Source: Minisyncoccia bacterium (GTDB lineage Bacteria > Patescibacteriota > Minisyncoccia > UBA6257 > 2-01-FULL-56-20). Taken from it: a stretch of 64,000 bases of DNA. The stretch covers positions 130,246 to 194,245 of the forward strand of contig JBEKML010000001.1 of NCBI GenBank assembly GCA_050008535.1, read 5' to 3'. Of this stretch, positions 29,593 to 38,538 are shown one piece after another. The translations under genes and the position numbers were made by a program. Every line of letters starts with the position of its first letter. Position 1 is the first letter of the stretch. The notes beneath the pieces are model-generated. The model had not been told where the DNA came from. It saw nothing but the letters and a program-made list of their open reading frames with translations, and did no database searches.

Positions 29593-30315
29593 ATGTGGTA
29601 CAATAAAAGTATGGTGCAAAATGGTTTTTTAAAAAAAGCTGTGTTTGCTATACTAATTGTAATTTTCACGCTCTTCGTCGTTCTCCAAACCAACGCCCAA
29701 ACGGCACAGCCCTCCTTGCCACAATTTTTGGTGACTTGGCGCGCCCTCAATAGTTTTGTACCGCCACTTTATGTCGGGAAGGTCCTCCCGGGAGCCAGGT
29801 CGCGGATCACGGCCTCGCTCGAACTTGTTTCCAATGGAAAACTCGTTAACCTAAAATCGCAGACGATTTATTGGTATTTAAACGACAACCTTCTGGGCGG
29901 CGGCGCCGGAATGCAACGCATAACCTTTTCCCCTTACGACGGCACGGCCGGTACGCTTGTGTTGAGGATTGAACTGCCGGATTTTGGAGGAAAACTTCTG
30001 ATGCACGAGGTGACAATCCCCGTTGTAAGGCCGGTGGCAGTGATCTACGCGCCCTACCCCAACGACCAATTTTCAGGAAGCCAGGCGACCGTAAAAGCGT
30101 TGCCTTATTTTTTCAACGCATCTTCATCGGCGCTTGCTTTTGAATGGTCCGTCAATGGTGTCTCCGTAGAAAGCAAAGAGGGGCCCGATATCCTTCATGT
30201 TAATCTCCCCGGTGACACCCCGTCCAATTCTAAAGTCAACATCTCGCTCACCATGCAGAACCCGGGGGACTCAACCATGGCCATCGCGTCAAAAAACCTC
30301 ATTTACCAAAAATAG
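29593..30315 (+). CDS. Hypothetical secreted protein
   Basis: Signal anchor FAILIVIFTLFVVL. No domain recognised. Confidence 0.4.
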   Translation: MWYNKSMVQNGFLKKAVFAILIVIFTLFVVLQTNAQTAQPSLPQFLVTWRALNSFVPPLYVGKVLPGARSRITASLELVSNGKLVNLKSQTIYWYLNDNLLGGGAGMQRITFSPYDGTAGTLVLRIELPDFGGKLLMHEVTIPVVRPVAVIYAPYPNDQFSGSQATVKALPYFFNASSSALAFEWSVNGVSVESKEGPDILHVNLPGDTPSNSKVNISLTMQNPGDSTMAIASKNLIYQK

Positions 30316-30317
30316 TT

Positions 30318-30791
30318 ATGAACTTGTTCATTGCAATCGCTCATGCGGCGACCGTCAACCTCAACATCCCCGGGTCAAGCGTTCCCTCCGCCGACATCCC
30401 AGGCATTATTAGAAATATTTATGACTTCGCCCTTCTCGCCGCGGGCATCCTTGCCTTCGGGGCCATCGTCTGGGGCGGGATCAGGTATGCCACAGGGAAA
30501 GGGAATCCCTCATCGGAGACCGAAGGCAAGAGCTGGATCACGAACGCCCTCCTTGGGCTCCTGCTCCTGGTGGGCGCCTATATCGTCCTCTACACCATCA
30601 ATCCAGACATCGTCTCATTGCAGATAACGGGGGTCACGCCGCTTAGCGGGGCGCCAGCGGGGACCGCTGGCAACTCCGGCGCAGGGACGGGAGGGGGAGT
30701 AGCCAGTGGCCAATCGTGTCGTTTTGACAGAGACTGCGCATCGCTATCGTGCAAGCTTGATGTTAGTAAAGACGGATGGTATTGCAAATAA
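30318..30791 (+). CDS. VirB2/TrbC-like pilin candidate
   Basis: Signal sequence followed by two hydrophobic helices separated by a short polar loop (ALLAAGILAFGAIVWGG ... ALLGLLLLVGAYIVLY), the hallmark topology of T4SS pilins. Cys-containing C-terminal tail. Confidence 0.5.
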   Translation: MNLFIAIAHAATVNLNIPGSSVPSADIPGIIRNIYDFALLAAGILAFGAIVWGGIRYATGKGNPSSETEGKSWITNALLGLLLLVGAYIVLYTINPDIVSLQITGVTPLSGAPAGTAGNSGAGTGGGVASGQSCRFDRDCASLSCKLDVSKDGWYCK

Positions 30792-30792
30792 A

Positions 30793-32043
30793 ATGACTAG
30801 GCGCTATTTAATCATTGGGGTTGTCATCATCGTCATCCTTGGGCTGGTCGCTATTTGGTGGTTCTTCTTGCGTGGCACAACGACCCCGCCGGCGCCGGCC
30901 GGGAGCACGGGAATTCTCCCGCAGACGGGGGGGGCGCAAACCGGCACGGGGACCAGCGGCAATCTCCCCTCCGGCGGGAATCCTGTCGCGGGCATCCCGA
31001 ACGCCGCAACGAAATTTGGCGTTGTGTCGGATGAGCCCGTCCTCGCTTATTTTGTGGATGCAGGAAACAATGTGATCATTGTTGAGCCGGATGGGAAAAT
31101 TGCACGCGTCACGAACGGCCAAACTACTTTCTTAAGTTCGTCACAAATTGCAAACTTGATGGCTGCCAGTTTCTCGTATGACGGCGCGAAGGCGTTGGTA
31201 AGTTTCGGCGATCGGGACAATCCACAAACCAGCATTTTTGATCTCGCCACAAAAGCCTGGGCCCCGCTCACGATGGGTATTATTTCCCCTGTCTGGTCGC
31301 CAAGCGATTATCGCATTGCCTATCTCGCCTCCAATACGGACGGCACGAAAACGCTCGCCACGCTTAACGCCGCAAAAACAACCGCCAAGCCGAGCACGCT
31401 CCTTTCCCTAAACGCGCAGGATCTTTCCCTTGTTTGGCCCAGCAAGAACAACATCGTTCTCTCCGAGAAACCCAGCGCGCTCACGAACGGATCTGCTCTG
31501 CTCTTTAACCTCCAAAACCAAACACTCACTCCTATAACCCTTGAAGTGTCCGGCTTTGAAGCGCTCTGGAATGGTAACGCAACAAGCGCAGCCGCAACTC
31601 CTTTTGGCCTTGTGTTTTCTGCAAACACCCCGCGGCCAGGCGGACGACTGCGGCTGATCAACCCTTCCGGGAATACCGTGCAGAGCGTAAATTTCCTCAC
31701 CCTGCCTTCAAAATGTCTTTTCCACCGCGAAAGCCCCGTGCTCCCGCCCGGCGCTTCTTCCACCACCTCCACGGTACCGGTGGCGCCGTACCTTGCGCTT
31801 TATTGTGCGGTGCCAGAGGACCAGGACGAGCTCTCAAGTGCCCGGTTGCCCGACGATTATGAACAGATGGCGCTTTTCACCGCAGATGCCTTCTATGGTA
31901 TCCACACCGACACCGGTGCGATGGACAGCGTCTTCTCTCCGCCGCAGAACATGGATGCCGCGGACCTGGGCATTTTCAACCACATACTTTTCTTCATCAA
32001 CCGCTACGACCAAAAGCTGTACGCTATTTCGCTCACCCAATAA
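30793..32043 (+). CDS. Membrane-anchored hypothetical protein (possible beta-propeller-like periplasmic domain)
   Basis: N-terminal TM helix, a Gly/Thr/Pro linker, then a Ser/Thr/Asn-rich region. Last gene of the plus-strand cluster. Confidence 0.4.
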   Translation: MTRRYLIIGVVIIVILGLVAIWWFFLRGTTTPPAPAGSTGILPQTGGAQTGTGTSGNLPSGGNPVAGIPNAATKFGVVSDEPVLAYFVDAGNNVIIVEPDGKIARVTNGQTTFLSSSQIANLMAASFSYDGAKALVSFGDRDNPQTSIFDLATKAWAPLTMGIISPVWSPSDYRIAYLASNTDGTKTLATLNAAKTTAKPSTLLSLNAQDLSLVWPSKNNIVLSEKPSALTNGSALLFNLQNQTLTPITLEVSGFEALWNGNATSAAATPFGLVFSANTPRPGGRLRLINPSGNTVQSVNFLTLPSKCLFHRESPVLPPGASSTTSTVPVAPYLALYCAVPEDQDELSSARLPDDYEQMALFTADAFYGIHTDTGAMDSVFSPPQNMDAADLGIFNHILFFINRYDQKLYAISLTQ

Positions 32044-32046
32044 CTA

Positions 32047-32487
32047 CTATAAGATCGGCTTGATGATCACGTACCGTTCCTTCCCTTCACCGACGGATTC
32101 CGTCGTCACCTCGGGATGGATCGCAAGCTCGACGTGCACGAGGCGCCGCTCATAAGAGTTCATTACCGGAAGCGGCACTTCGGCTTTTGTCGTGAGCGCC
32201 TTCTTCGCCGCCGCGCGCGCGAGCTCCATGATAAGATTTTCCCGTTCCTGCCGATAATTATTCACATCAAGAAAGATGAGGTCGATCGCATTTTTTTTGG
32301 CGATCATTTGGAATAAATGGTTTACGCTTTCTACGATGCTGGGAAGGTTCTCTTTAAGAAAGCCTCCGCCGTCGTAAATGAAAAGTGAACCGCGCTTTTC
32401 TTCCGGCTTGATCTCTATGTGGTAATCGCGGAATCCCATGAACTCAACGATGTTTTTCACGAGCGTCTCCCAGTTCTCCATTTTCAC
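32047..32487 (-). CDS. jag: Jag/KhpB-like RNA-binding protein (KH + R3H domains)
   Basis: C-terminal R3H motif MNSYERRLVHVELA. It sits downstream of yidC as in the canonical rnpA-yidC-jag operon. Confidence 0.75.
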   Translation of the reverse strand: MKMENWETLVKNIVEFMGFRDYHIEIKPEEKRGSLFIYDGGGFLKENLPSIVESVNHLFQMIAKKNAIDLIFLDVNNYRQERENLIMELARAAAKKALTTKAEVPLPVMNSYERRLVHVELAIHPEVTTESVGEGKERYVIIKPIL

Positions 32488-32563
32488 GTTACTATTCCAT
32501 ACTTCCGCCGCAAAATCAAGGACGGGACGGCGGATTTACTGGAAAACGTAACTCCCCGCGGGA

Positions 32564-35203
32564 TTAGTACGAATCGCAAGTATCCTGCCCTGCCGAAGTG
32601 TACGTTGGAGTGAACAGGCCCATTTGTTGTATGAGTGCCTTCATGGCGCTGTCCTGACTACCCCAAACAGCACAGTTAATGGGTTCCACTTGGATTTGCT
32701 TGGTGGTTACAGAAGACAGGGGGAGCTGATTTGTGATTATATTGGTTTGTGCAGCGGCCGGGACTGGCACAAGCGCATAATACTGGCCCGAACCCTGAGC
32801 CATAAACTGGTAGTCGGGAGTGTAGCACTCGCTCTGCCAATAGGTGACTGTCTGCACTTTCGGCGTGAGGCACGTCACGGTTACTTGGTGGGTTTCTGGA
32901 GCGACATAGGGAACCCATTTGGCGTTTACGCTGACCTTGATGGTAGAGGTTATGGCTGGCGAGGACGAGTCCTTGACTATAAATGAAGCCTGACCTCGCC
33001 CGACGCCGGTGATGCTGAGGTTCGTGCCGGAAAGGAGCACCGTTGCCACTCCTGCGCCCGGCGGGGTCGCCACACTATAAGGCGCCGTGCCAGCGATTAT
33101 GGCTATGTTAATCGTATCGTCAACCCTGATCACGGGATTTTGTTGTGAGATGGTCACTAAGCCCGGGCTGCTGACCGGACCACTTTCAGGGCAAACGGCT
33201 GTGGTGGGCACAAGATCCGTCGAGCGGCCCAGGGATCCGTCGTAGTTGGGATTGAACAATATGGGCGGGGTGGAGCGCGCTTTGGTCCACCACTCATGTA
33301 AGGTGTAGCGATAATCAACTGGGGGGAGTAGTGGATCGCCACCCTGCATGGTGTACACATCGTATTTAGTAGATGCTGGGGTGAGTTTGTAGAGGTTGTT
33401 CCACCCGGTTCCCAACGACTTACCTTTTATAAAATTATCAGCTTCTATTCTGGCGTATTGATCTATGCCTTCTTGGGTCGTATCTGGTCCGTAATTTATT
33501 ATGCTTCGCGCGTGGTCGTACACGGTCTGCCAGCTCAGGGTTTCTCCAAGTGCTTTCCCGCCATTAGCCACAATATCTGGGGTGGACGCCGCAGCGGTAG
33601 CCATCAATTGATAAGCTTGCTTTAGTAAAGTAGAGGCGGTGCATCGTTCCGGAGTGACGGTCCATTTGGTGACTTGGTCTATTTGTGTACATGCCCAAGG
33701 TTTGTCTGAGGGTACGGTACAGCTTCCGGCGGTTGGGGTAGGGATGGTTGAGCTAGTACTGCCTATTCTGGTTTGCATACCAGCCACGTTCTGTGAAATC
33801 CTGCTTATGGCCGGCGAAAAGAGGTCGGCGAGGTCGGACGCGGAAATGCCGTTCTGCTGCAACAGGGTCATCTGGCTTTGTATCTCCTGTAATTGCTGTG
33901 CGGACTCTTGAAGGATCGAGTCTAATGAGTTTTGAATTGCGTTAAGCGTGCTAGTTGACCCATATGGTGGGAGGGTAGTCCCACCGGCCTGGGCTTGGGT
34001 TAAAGTTTGTGGTTGTGCGTTGGCAGCCGTGGTGGCGGAATTTTGTATATTGGCCAAGTTTTGCGAAATCTGGTTTATGGCCGGCGAAAAGAGGTCGGCG
34101 AGGTCGGACGCGGAAATGCCGCTCTGCTGCAACAGGGTCATCTGGCTTTGTATTTCCTGCAGCTGCTGTGTGGATTCTTGAAGGACTTGATTCCATGAGG
34201 ATGAGGATTGGGTAGTGGCAAAAAACGGCGTAGAGCTCGATGTAGAAGTAACCACAGCGCCGGTTCCGCCGTTGTTTGATTGATTTTGGTTATATGCCGC
34301 CGGTGCCGGGGCATTGCAATGGTTGCTTATGTCATTTGGCACGACGTTCTGCCACGTCGAGGCAGTTACAAGGGCGTCTGTACCTATGGTCATGTCGCCA
34401 CAGGAAGTGTGCAGCGTGCAACTTAAATTGATGGTATAAGGAAGGCCCGTATTGAAATCCACGCCTATGGGCCCCATCCCCATCACTGCCGGTGCGCAAC
34501 TCACGTCATATCCCAAAGACCTTCCTATCCCCTCTGCAACCCGCGCCTCGTCGGCCGCCGCATAAAAGTTTGCGTGCTCGGGCGCGCACAGGCCGCCGGT
34601 TTCCGCTCCGGAACACACATTGATTCTCACATAACCGCCGTTGGGGCTGGGAACGAGACAGGTATTTGCGGAGGCATTATACGTATATGGAACGCATGCC
34701 GCTTGGGCCAGCGCAACGTCCGGGCGGCACATCGTGAAATTCGGGTTGGAAGGTGTCTCGTATCCCGTGCATGACGATGTGGAATTATACAATCCCGACG
34801 AATTCACCGTTACCTGGCCAGCAGGACATGACTCAGCCACGTCGCAGGGGGTATAGCTTGAAAGGTCGGCCTTGCACCCACGAAGCTGAATGGCGCAGCC
34901 GGGGACTGTTTTCTGGCACTTCAGGCTCTGGTTCCCGCCGCATTCGGTCGGATCAGGAGGGGGAGGAGGGGGAGGAGTTATTTTTTGGTCATCCGGACAG
35001 GTAGTGTTCAACATGCAACCGAATGGGCTCGTACAACCATTTATTTCCACCTTGCACCAATCGGCTTTTATGGTACAAGCCCGGGAGGCGTCCGAGCACA
35101 CGGCCCCTATTGCCGCATTCGCGGTCTCATATGAACGCATGACAACCGCAAAAAAGGCGACGACAACAACTAGCCCAACGGCAAAAAACAGATATTTTTT
35201 CAT
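32564..35203 (-). CDS. Giant Cys-rich secreted repeat protein (paralogue A)
   Basis: Signal anchor, a PPPPPPPDP linker, many Cys, and two tandem ~60-aa repeats of the form (QQLQEIQSQMTLLQQ[NS]GISASDLADLFSPAI..). Length is 879 aa. Confidence 0.7.
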   Translation of the reverse strand: MKKYLFFAVGLVVVVAFFAVVMRSYETANAAIGAVCSDASRACTIKADWCKVEINGCTSPFGCMLNTTCPDDQKITPPPPPPPDPTECGGNQSLKCQKTVPGCAIQLRGCKADLSSYTPCDVAESCPAGQVTVNSSGLYNSTSSCTGYETPSNPNFTMCRPDVALAQAACVPYTYNASANTCLVPSPNGGYVRINVCSGAETGGLCAPEHANFYAAADEARVAEGIGRSLGYDVSCAPAVMGMGPIGVDFNTGLPYTINLSCTLHTSCGDMTIGTDALVTASTWQNVVPNDISNHCNAPAPAAYNQNQSNNGGTGAVVTSTSSSTPFFATTQSSSSWNQVLQESTQQLQEIQSQMTLLQQSGISASDLADLFSPAINQISQNLANIQNSATTAANAQPQTLTQAQAGGTTLPPYGSTSTLNAIQNSLDSILQESAQQLQEIQSQMTLLQQNGISASDLADLFSPAISRISQNVAGMQTRIGSTSSTIPTPTAGSCTVPSDKPWACTQIDQVTKWTVTPERCTASTLLKQAYQLMATAAASTPDIVANGGKALGETLSWQTVYDHARSIINYGPDTTQEGIDQYARIEADNFIKGKSLGTGWNNLYKLTPASTKYDVYTMQGGDPLLPPVDYRYTLHEWWTKARSTPPILFNPNYDGSLGRSTDLVPTTAVCPESGPVSSPGLVTISQQNPVIRVDDTINIAIIAGTAPYSVATPPGAGVATVLLSGTNLSITGVGRGQASFIVKDSSSPAITSTIKVSVNAKWVPYVAPETHQVTVTCLTPKVQTVTYWQSECYTPDYQFMAQGSGQYYALVPVPAAAQTNIITNQLPLSSVTTKQIQVEPINCAVWGSQDSAMKALIQQMGLFTPTYTSAGQDTCDSY
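33750..34181. repeat. Tandem ~210-nt repeat pair inside paralogue A, near-identical to 36180-36609
   Basis: Antisense six-frame peptides ...LMAGEKRSARSDAEMPFCCNRVIWLCISCNCCADS recur at 33639-33911, 33948-34181, 36127-36342 and 36379-36609. Boundaries are approximate. Confidence 0.7.
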
Positions 35204-35246
35204 ACCTATAGTATATCACGTTGCCGCAAATCGTCGCCGCTACTTA

Positions 35247-37784
35247 TTACTGAACCTGAATATATCTGCCCGAAGAATTGCCGAACCACCTTACTCCTTC
35301 CCAAACCATCTGCCAGGTAAAGGGGAGATAGCCACTCAGACCAGAGGATGCGCTCGGGGCGGTAGCGGTAAAAACGAAAATTGCTGTTCCGCTGGGAGCC
35401 ACTTGATCTACCGGCAATTCCACCCGGCTTCCTAGGCCCCAATTGAGATTGCCGTAACCGGGGCTGATCGATTGGTAGCCCAAGCGATAGGGGTGCGCGT
35501 CATTTTTGACCCAGGTCGTCTGGCCGGTGTTTTTCACGACAACGGTGGCGGTGAATTGTTGCCCCGGAGAAGCAGTGGCGGGGACGGTAACGCTCTGGAT
35601 CAAGGCGTCGTTCGTCGGAGGAACTATACTAATGACGTTGGGGCTAGCGGATTGATAACCGATCCATTGGCGGTCGTTGAAATTCCCGGAAATTTCGTGT
35701 ATTAAAGTGAAGTTGGTCCCATTGTTACTCCCTAAAATCTGGTGAACGCCGCAGGTGTTATCGGAACCGCCCATCATCATTCTTACCTCCATGATGGGTT
35801 GCGAGGAGCCGAGATCAAGAGTGATCCATTGTGTGTAAGCGTGAGGGTTTGGAACGCCCGCCAGCACAACACATTTAGTTGGGGCGCCGTTGCTCCCCGA
35901 ATAAGCCCCATTCCATCCGGTGTAGATATCCCCATCGTAGGCATCTTGGGGTTTGCTCCCGCATCCTTGAGGGGTGCAATTCCACGAAGGAGTCCAGTTG
36001 GCAGAAGGGATCTGCCCGACCGTGCTGCTCACTATCGCAATTTTGCCGCTTGGCCCGTAGACCTCAATTTCCCGCCAATCAATCCATCCCGAATCCTCTG
36101 TGGTGTTTATTTTGATATAGCGGTATGTGCCAAGAGAGGTTGTGGTAGTTGTTGCTGCCGTTGAGGTGGGGGCGGTTGAGCTAGTGTTGCCGCTTACGTT
36201 GTTTTGTACGCCAGCCACGTTCTGTGAAATTCTGCTTATGGCCGGCGAAAAGAGGTCGGCGAGGTCGGATGCGGAAATGCCGTTCTGCTGCAATAGGGTC
36301 ATCTGGCTCTGTATCTCCTGTAATTGCTGCGCGGATTCTTGAAGGATCGCATCCGATGAACCCTGAATTGCGGCGAGCGTGCTGGATGATCCATATAGCG
36401 GGACGGTTCCTCCGGCTTGGGCTTGGGTTAGGGTTTGGGGCTGTGCGTTGGCGGCCGTAGTGGCGGAATTTTGTATATTGGCCAGGCTTTGCGAGATCTG
36501 GTTTATAGTCGGCGAAAAGAGGGCGGAGAGGTCGGCCCCGGAAATGCCGTTCTGCTGCAATAGGGTCATCTGGCTCTGTATCTCCTGTAATTGCTGCGCG
36601 GATTGTTGAAGGACCTGGCTCCACGAGGATGAGGATTGGGTGGTGGCAAGGGATGGCCCGGATGTTGCAGATGAGAGGTTGGATTGGTATTGATCCTTCG
36701 CAACAAATTTGTGGTAGTAAATCATATACTCATCCGAGGTCATTGGACCAATACCTGTCACGTTCGTCCACGTTCCTCCGGCATATGTCTGCGCCAGCGC
36801 CCCATATTGATTACCAAATGCGGTCCTCGCGGCACAAAGCCTGGTAATTTGATCCAGTGACATATCGGCCGTAATGTTTGTCCGTACGTCAATGCCGGTT
36901 GCCGCCAGGTATGCCGCGACGTCTTGCGCCAATTGAGCGCCGGTAGGGGGAGCGCCGGGGCCCACATACAACCACACTCCCGTCTGAGGATCCCTCGCCC
37001 AATTACTCATAGTGACATCTTCTAGAGACAGGCCGTCCTGTATTACGAGGTCTTTTGCATAAGTGTTGAGGGCGCTCCAGACCGTATCGTTGATTGGCAC
37101 CACTGAAATTGTTGAGGTGGCCACAGTGGCCGCAGGAGGAACGCTTTGCACCAAATGCAACACGTTGGTTTGGTACGTTGCCTCGGTCGGTACGAGTGCG
37201 TAGTATGGCGAATCGAACGGTGTCGGTGATTGGCCGGCAGCTAGTGCGTAGAATCGATAATCTGGGGTAAAACACTGCGTCCCGAACATAAGGTTGGATG
37301 GTTGGTACGGGGTAACGCATGCCACTGTTGTGTTGGTTATATTGGCTGCGTTGGCCGATGCCGGAGAATTAGCCGAGTTCGGGGTGGACGTCACTGTAAA
37401 GCTAATCTGGCTCGATGCACTACTATTGGAAAGGTTAACGGACTCAACCCAAGAGCCGATGTCCGCGGACCGAAACGAGCCGGTAAGGGTCCAATTCCCG
37501 TTCGCATCTGTCGTCCCAAAGTTGGCAGTACAACTTGGATATTGGGTATTGTTTTGATTGGCGCAGAAGGTGAAAGAGGTGCGGCTCGGACCCGAAACCC
37601 GCAGGTTCCAAGCGTCGCCGACGGAGAACGCGGCCGTTGTCGCATAGTTGATGGTGAGGCTCACGTTGGTCGCGGCATTAGCGACCATCACGCCGCACAA
37701 TCCCACAAGCGCGGCGATTACGACCGCAGCGACCAGCCCCGAACCAAACAAGGGGTGTTTTTTCATAACTTTATTATACACCAC
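35247..37784 (-). CDS. Giant secreted repeat protein with C-terminal discoidin (F5/8 type C)-like and Ig-like domains (paralogue B)
   Basis: Signal peptide, the same two tandem repeats as paralogue A, then AYDGDIYTGWNG...QWITLDLGSSQPIMEVRMMMGG (discoidin-like) and an NBR1/Ig-like TVVVKNTGQTTW segment. Length is 845 aa. Confidence 0.7.
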   Translation of the reverse strand: MVYNKVMKKHPLFGSGLVAAVVIAALVGLCGVMVANAATNVSLTINYATTAAFSVGDAWNLRVSGPSRTSFTFCANQNNTQYPSCTANFGTTDANGNWTLTGSFRSADIGSWVESVNLSNSSASSQISFTVTSTPNSANSPASANAANITNTTVACVTPYQPSNLMFGTQCFTPDYRFYALAAGQSPTPFDSPYYALVPTEATYQTNVLHLVQSVPPAATVATSTISVVPINDTVWSALNTYAKDLVIQDGLSLEDVTMSNWARDPQTGVWLYVGPGAPPTGAQLAQDVAAYLAATGIDVRTNITADMSLDQITRLCAARTAFGNQYGALAQTYAGGTWTNVTGIGPMTSDEYMIYYHKFVAKDQYQSNLSSATSGPSLATTQSSSSWSQVLQQSAQQLQEIQSQMTLLQQNGISGADLSALFSPTINQISQSLANIQNSATTAANAQPQTLTQAQAGGTVPLYGSSSTLAAIQGSSDAILQESAQQLQEIQSQMTLLQQNGISASDLADLFSPAISRISQNVAGVQNNVSGNTSSTAPTSTAATTTTTSLGTYRYIKINTTEDSGWIDWREIEVYGPSGKIAIVSSTVGQIPSANWTPSWNCTPQGCGSKPQDAYDGDIYTGWNGAYSGSNGAPTKCVVLAGVPNPHAYTQWITLDLGSSQPIMEVRMMMGGSDNTCGVHQILGSNNGTNFTLIHEISGNFNDRQWIGYQSASPNVISIVPPTNDALIQSVTVPATASPGQQFTATVVVKNTGQTTWVKNDAHPYRLGYQSISPGYGNLNWGLGSRVELPVDQVAPSGTAIFVFTATAPSASSGLSGYLPFTWQMVWEGVRWFGNSSGRYIQVQ
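36180..36609. repeat. Tandem ~210-nt repeat pair inside paralogue B (copy of 33750-34181)
   Basis: Same evidence as above. Boundaries are approximate. Confidence 0.7.
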
Positions 37785-37818
37785 ACAATATACCCGATTA
37801 AGTTAAGCGTGGGGGCTG

Positions 37819-38538
37819 TTAAATTGCCGCAACTTCTCCCTTTTTAAAATGCTTGTTGATGACAACTTGTTGGAGTATTGAGAAAAGCGACGTAACGAGC
37901 CAGTAGAGGCCCACGGCGGCGGGCAAGTTGTAGAAAATAAAGATGGTGATAATGGGGCCTATAAAGGTCATCTGCCGCGCCATTTTTTCAGTAGAGGAGA
38001 GTGGGGCGGTACGATCGGGGTTTTGATAAATAGCAAGGCGTGCCTGAAAATATTGGGCGACCGCTGCGAGGAGAATGAGGATAATGCTTGGTTTTGCAAG
38101 GTTAATAAGGCCGAGGAAAAGCGGATTTATGGTTTGTGGTTGTGGGATAAAGGAATAAAGTCCCTGGAGCTCGCCGGGGGTGAGGCCGGAACGCACTACC
38201 CAATAGAGCGCGATCATAATCGGTAGTTGGACAATAATAAGAAAGATGCTTGAGAATGGATTTACGCCGTGCTCTTTGTAAAGTTCCATCAGCGCCTGTG
38301 CTTGTTTTTCTTTGTCGTTTTTATGTGTTTCTTGGATCTTTTTGATCTTTGGCTGGATGCGCTGCATCGCCATTTGTTGTTTGGTGCTTTTATGGAAAAG
38401 CGGATAGAGGATAAGTCGGATAAGAATGGTGACAAGAATAACCGCGATCCCGAAGTCCCGGAACGCGATCGTCCCATAAAAATAAACAAGGATGTTTAAA
38501 ATGGGTTGGTAGAAAATAACTTGGTAGAGGTAGGTCAT
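37819..38538 (-). CDS. yidC: Membrane protein insertase YidC/Oxa1 family (short form)
   Basis: A 239-aa protein with five TM helices and conserved YidC core motifs (LPIMIALYWV, GLYWLVTSLFSILQQ). Confidence 0.9.
   Translation of the reverse strand: MTYLYQVIFYQPILNILVYFYGTIAFRDFGIAVILVTILIRLILYPLFHKSTKQQMAMQRIQPKIKKIQETHKNDKEKQAQALMELYKEHGVNPFSSIFLIIVQLPIMIALYWVVRSGLTPGELQGLYSFIPQPQTINPLFLGLINLAKPSIILILLAAVAQYFQARLAIYQNPDRTAPLSSTEKMARQMTFIGPIITIFIFYNLPAAVGLYWLVTSLFSILQQVVINKHFKKGEVAAI

Noticed and set aside
33639-36609. Four plus-strand ORFs encoding nearly identical Cys-rich peptides (…FCCNRVIWLCISCNCCADS)
   Set aside because: They are antisense translations of the repeated segments inside the two giant minus-strand genes. 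They are useful only as markers of nucleotide-level repeat identity.
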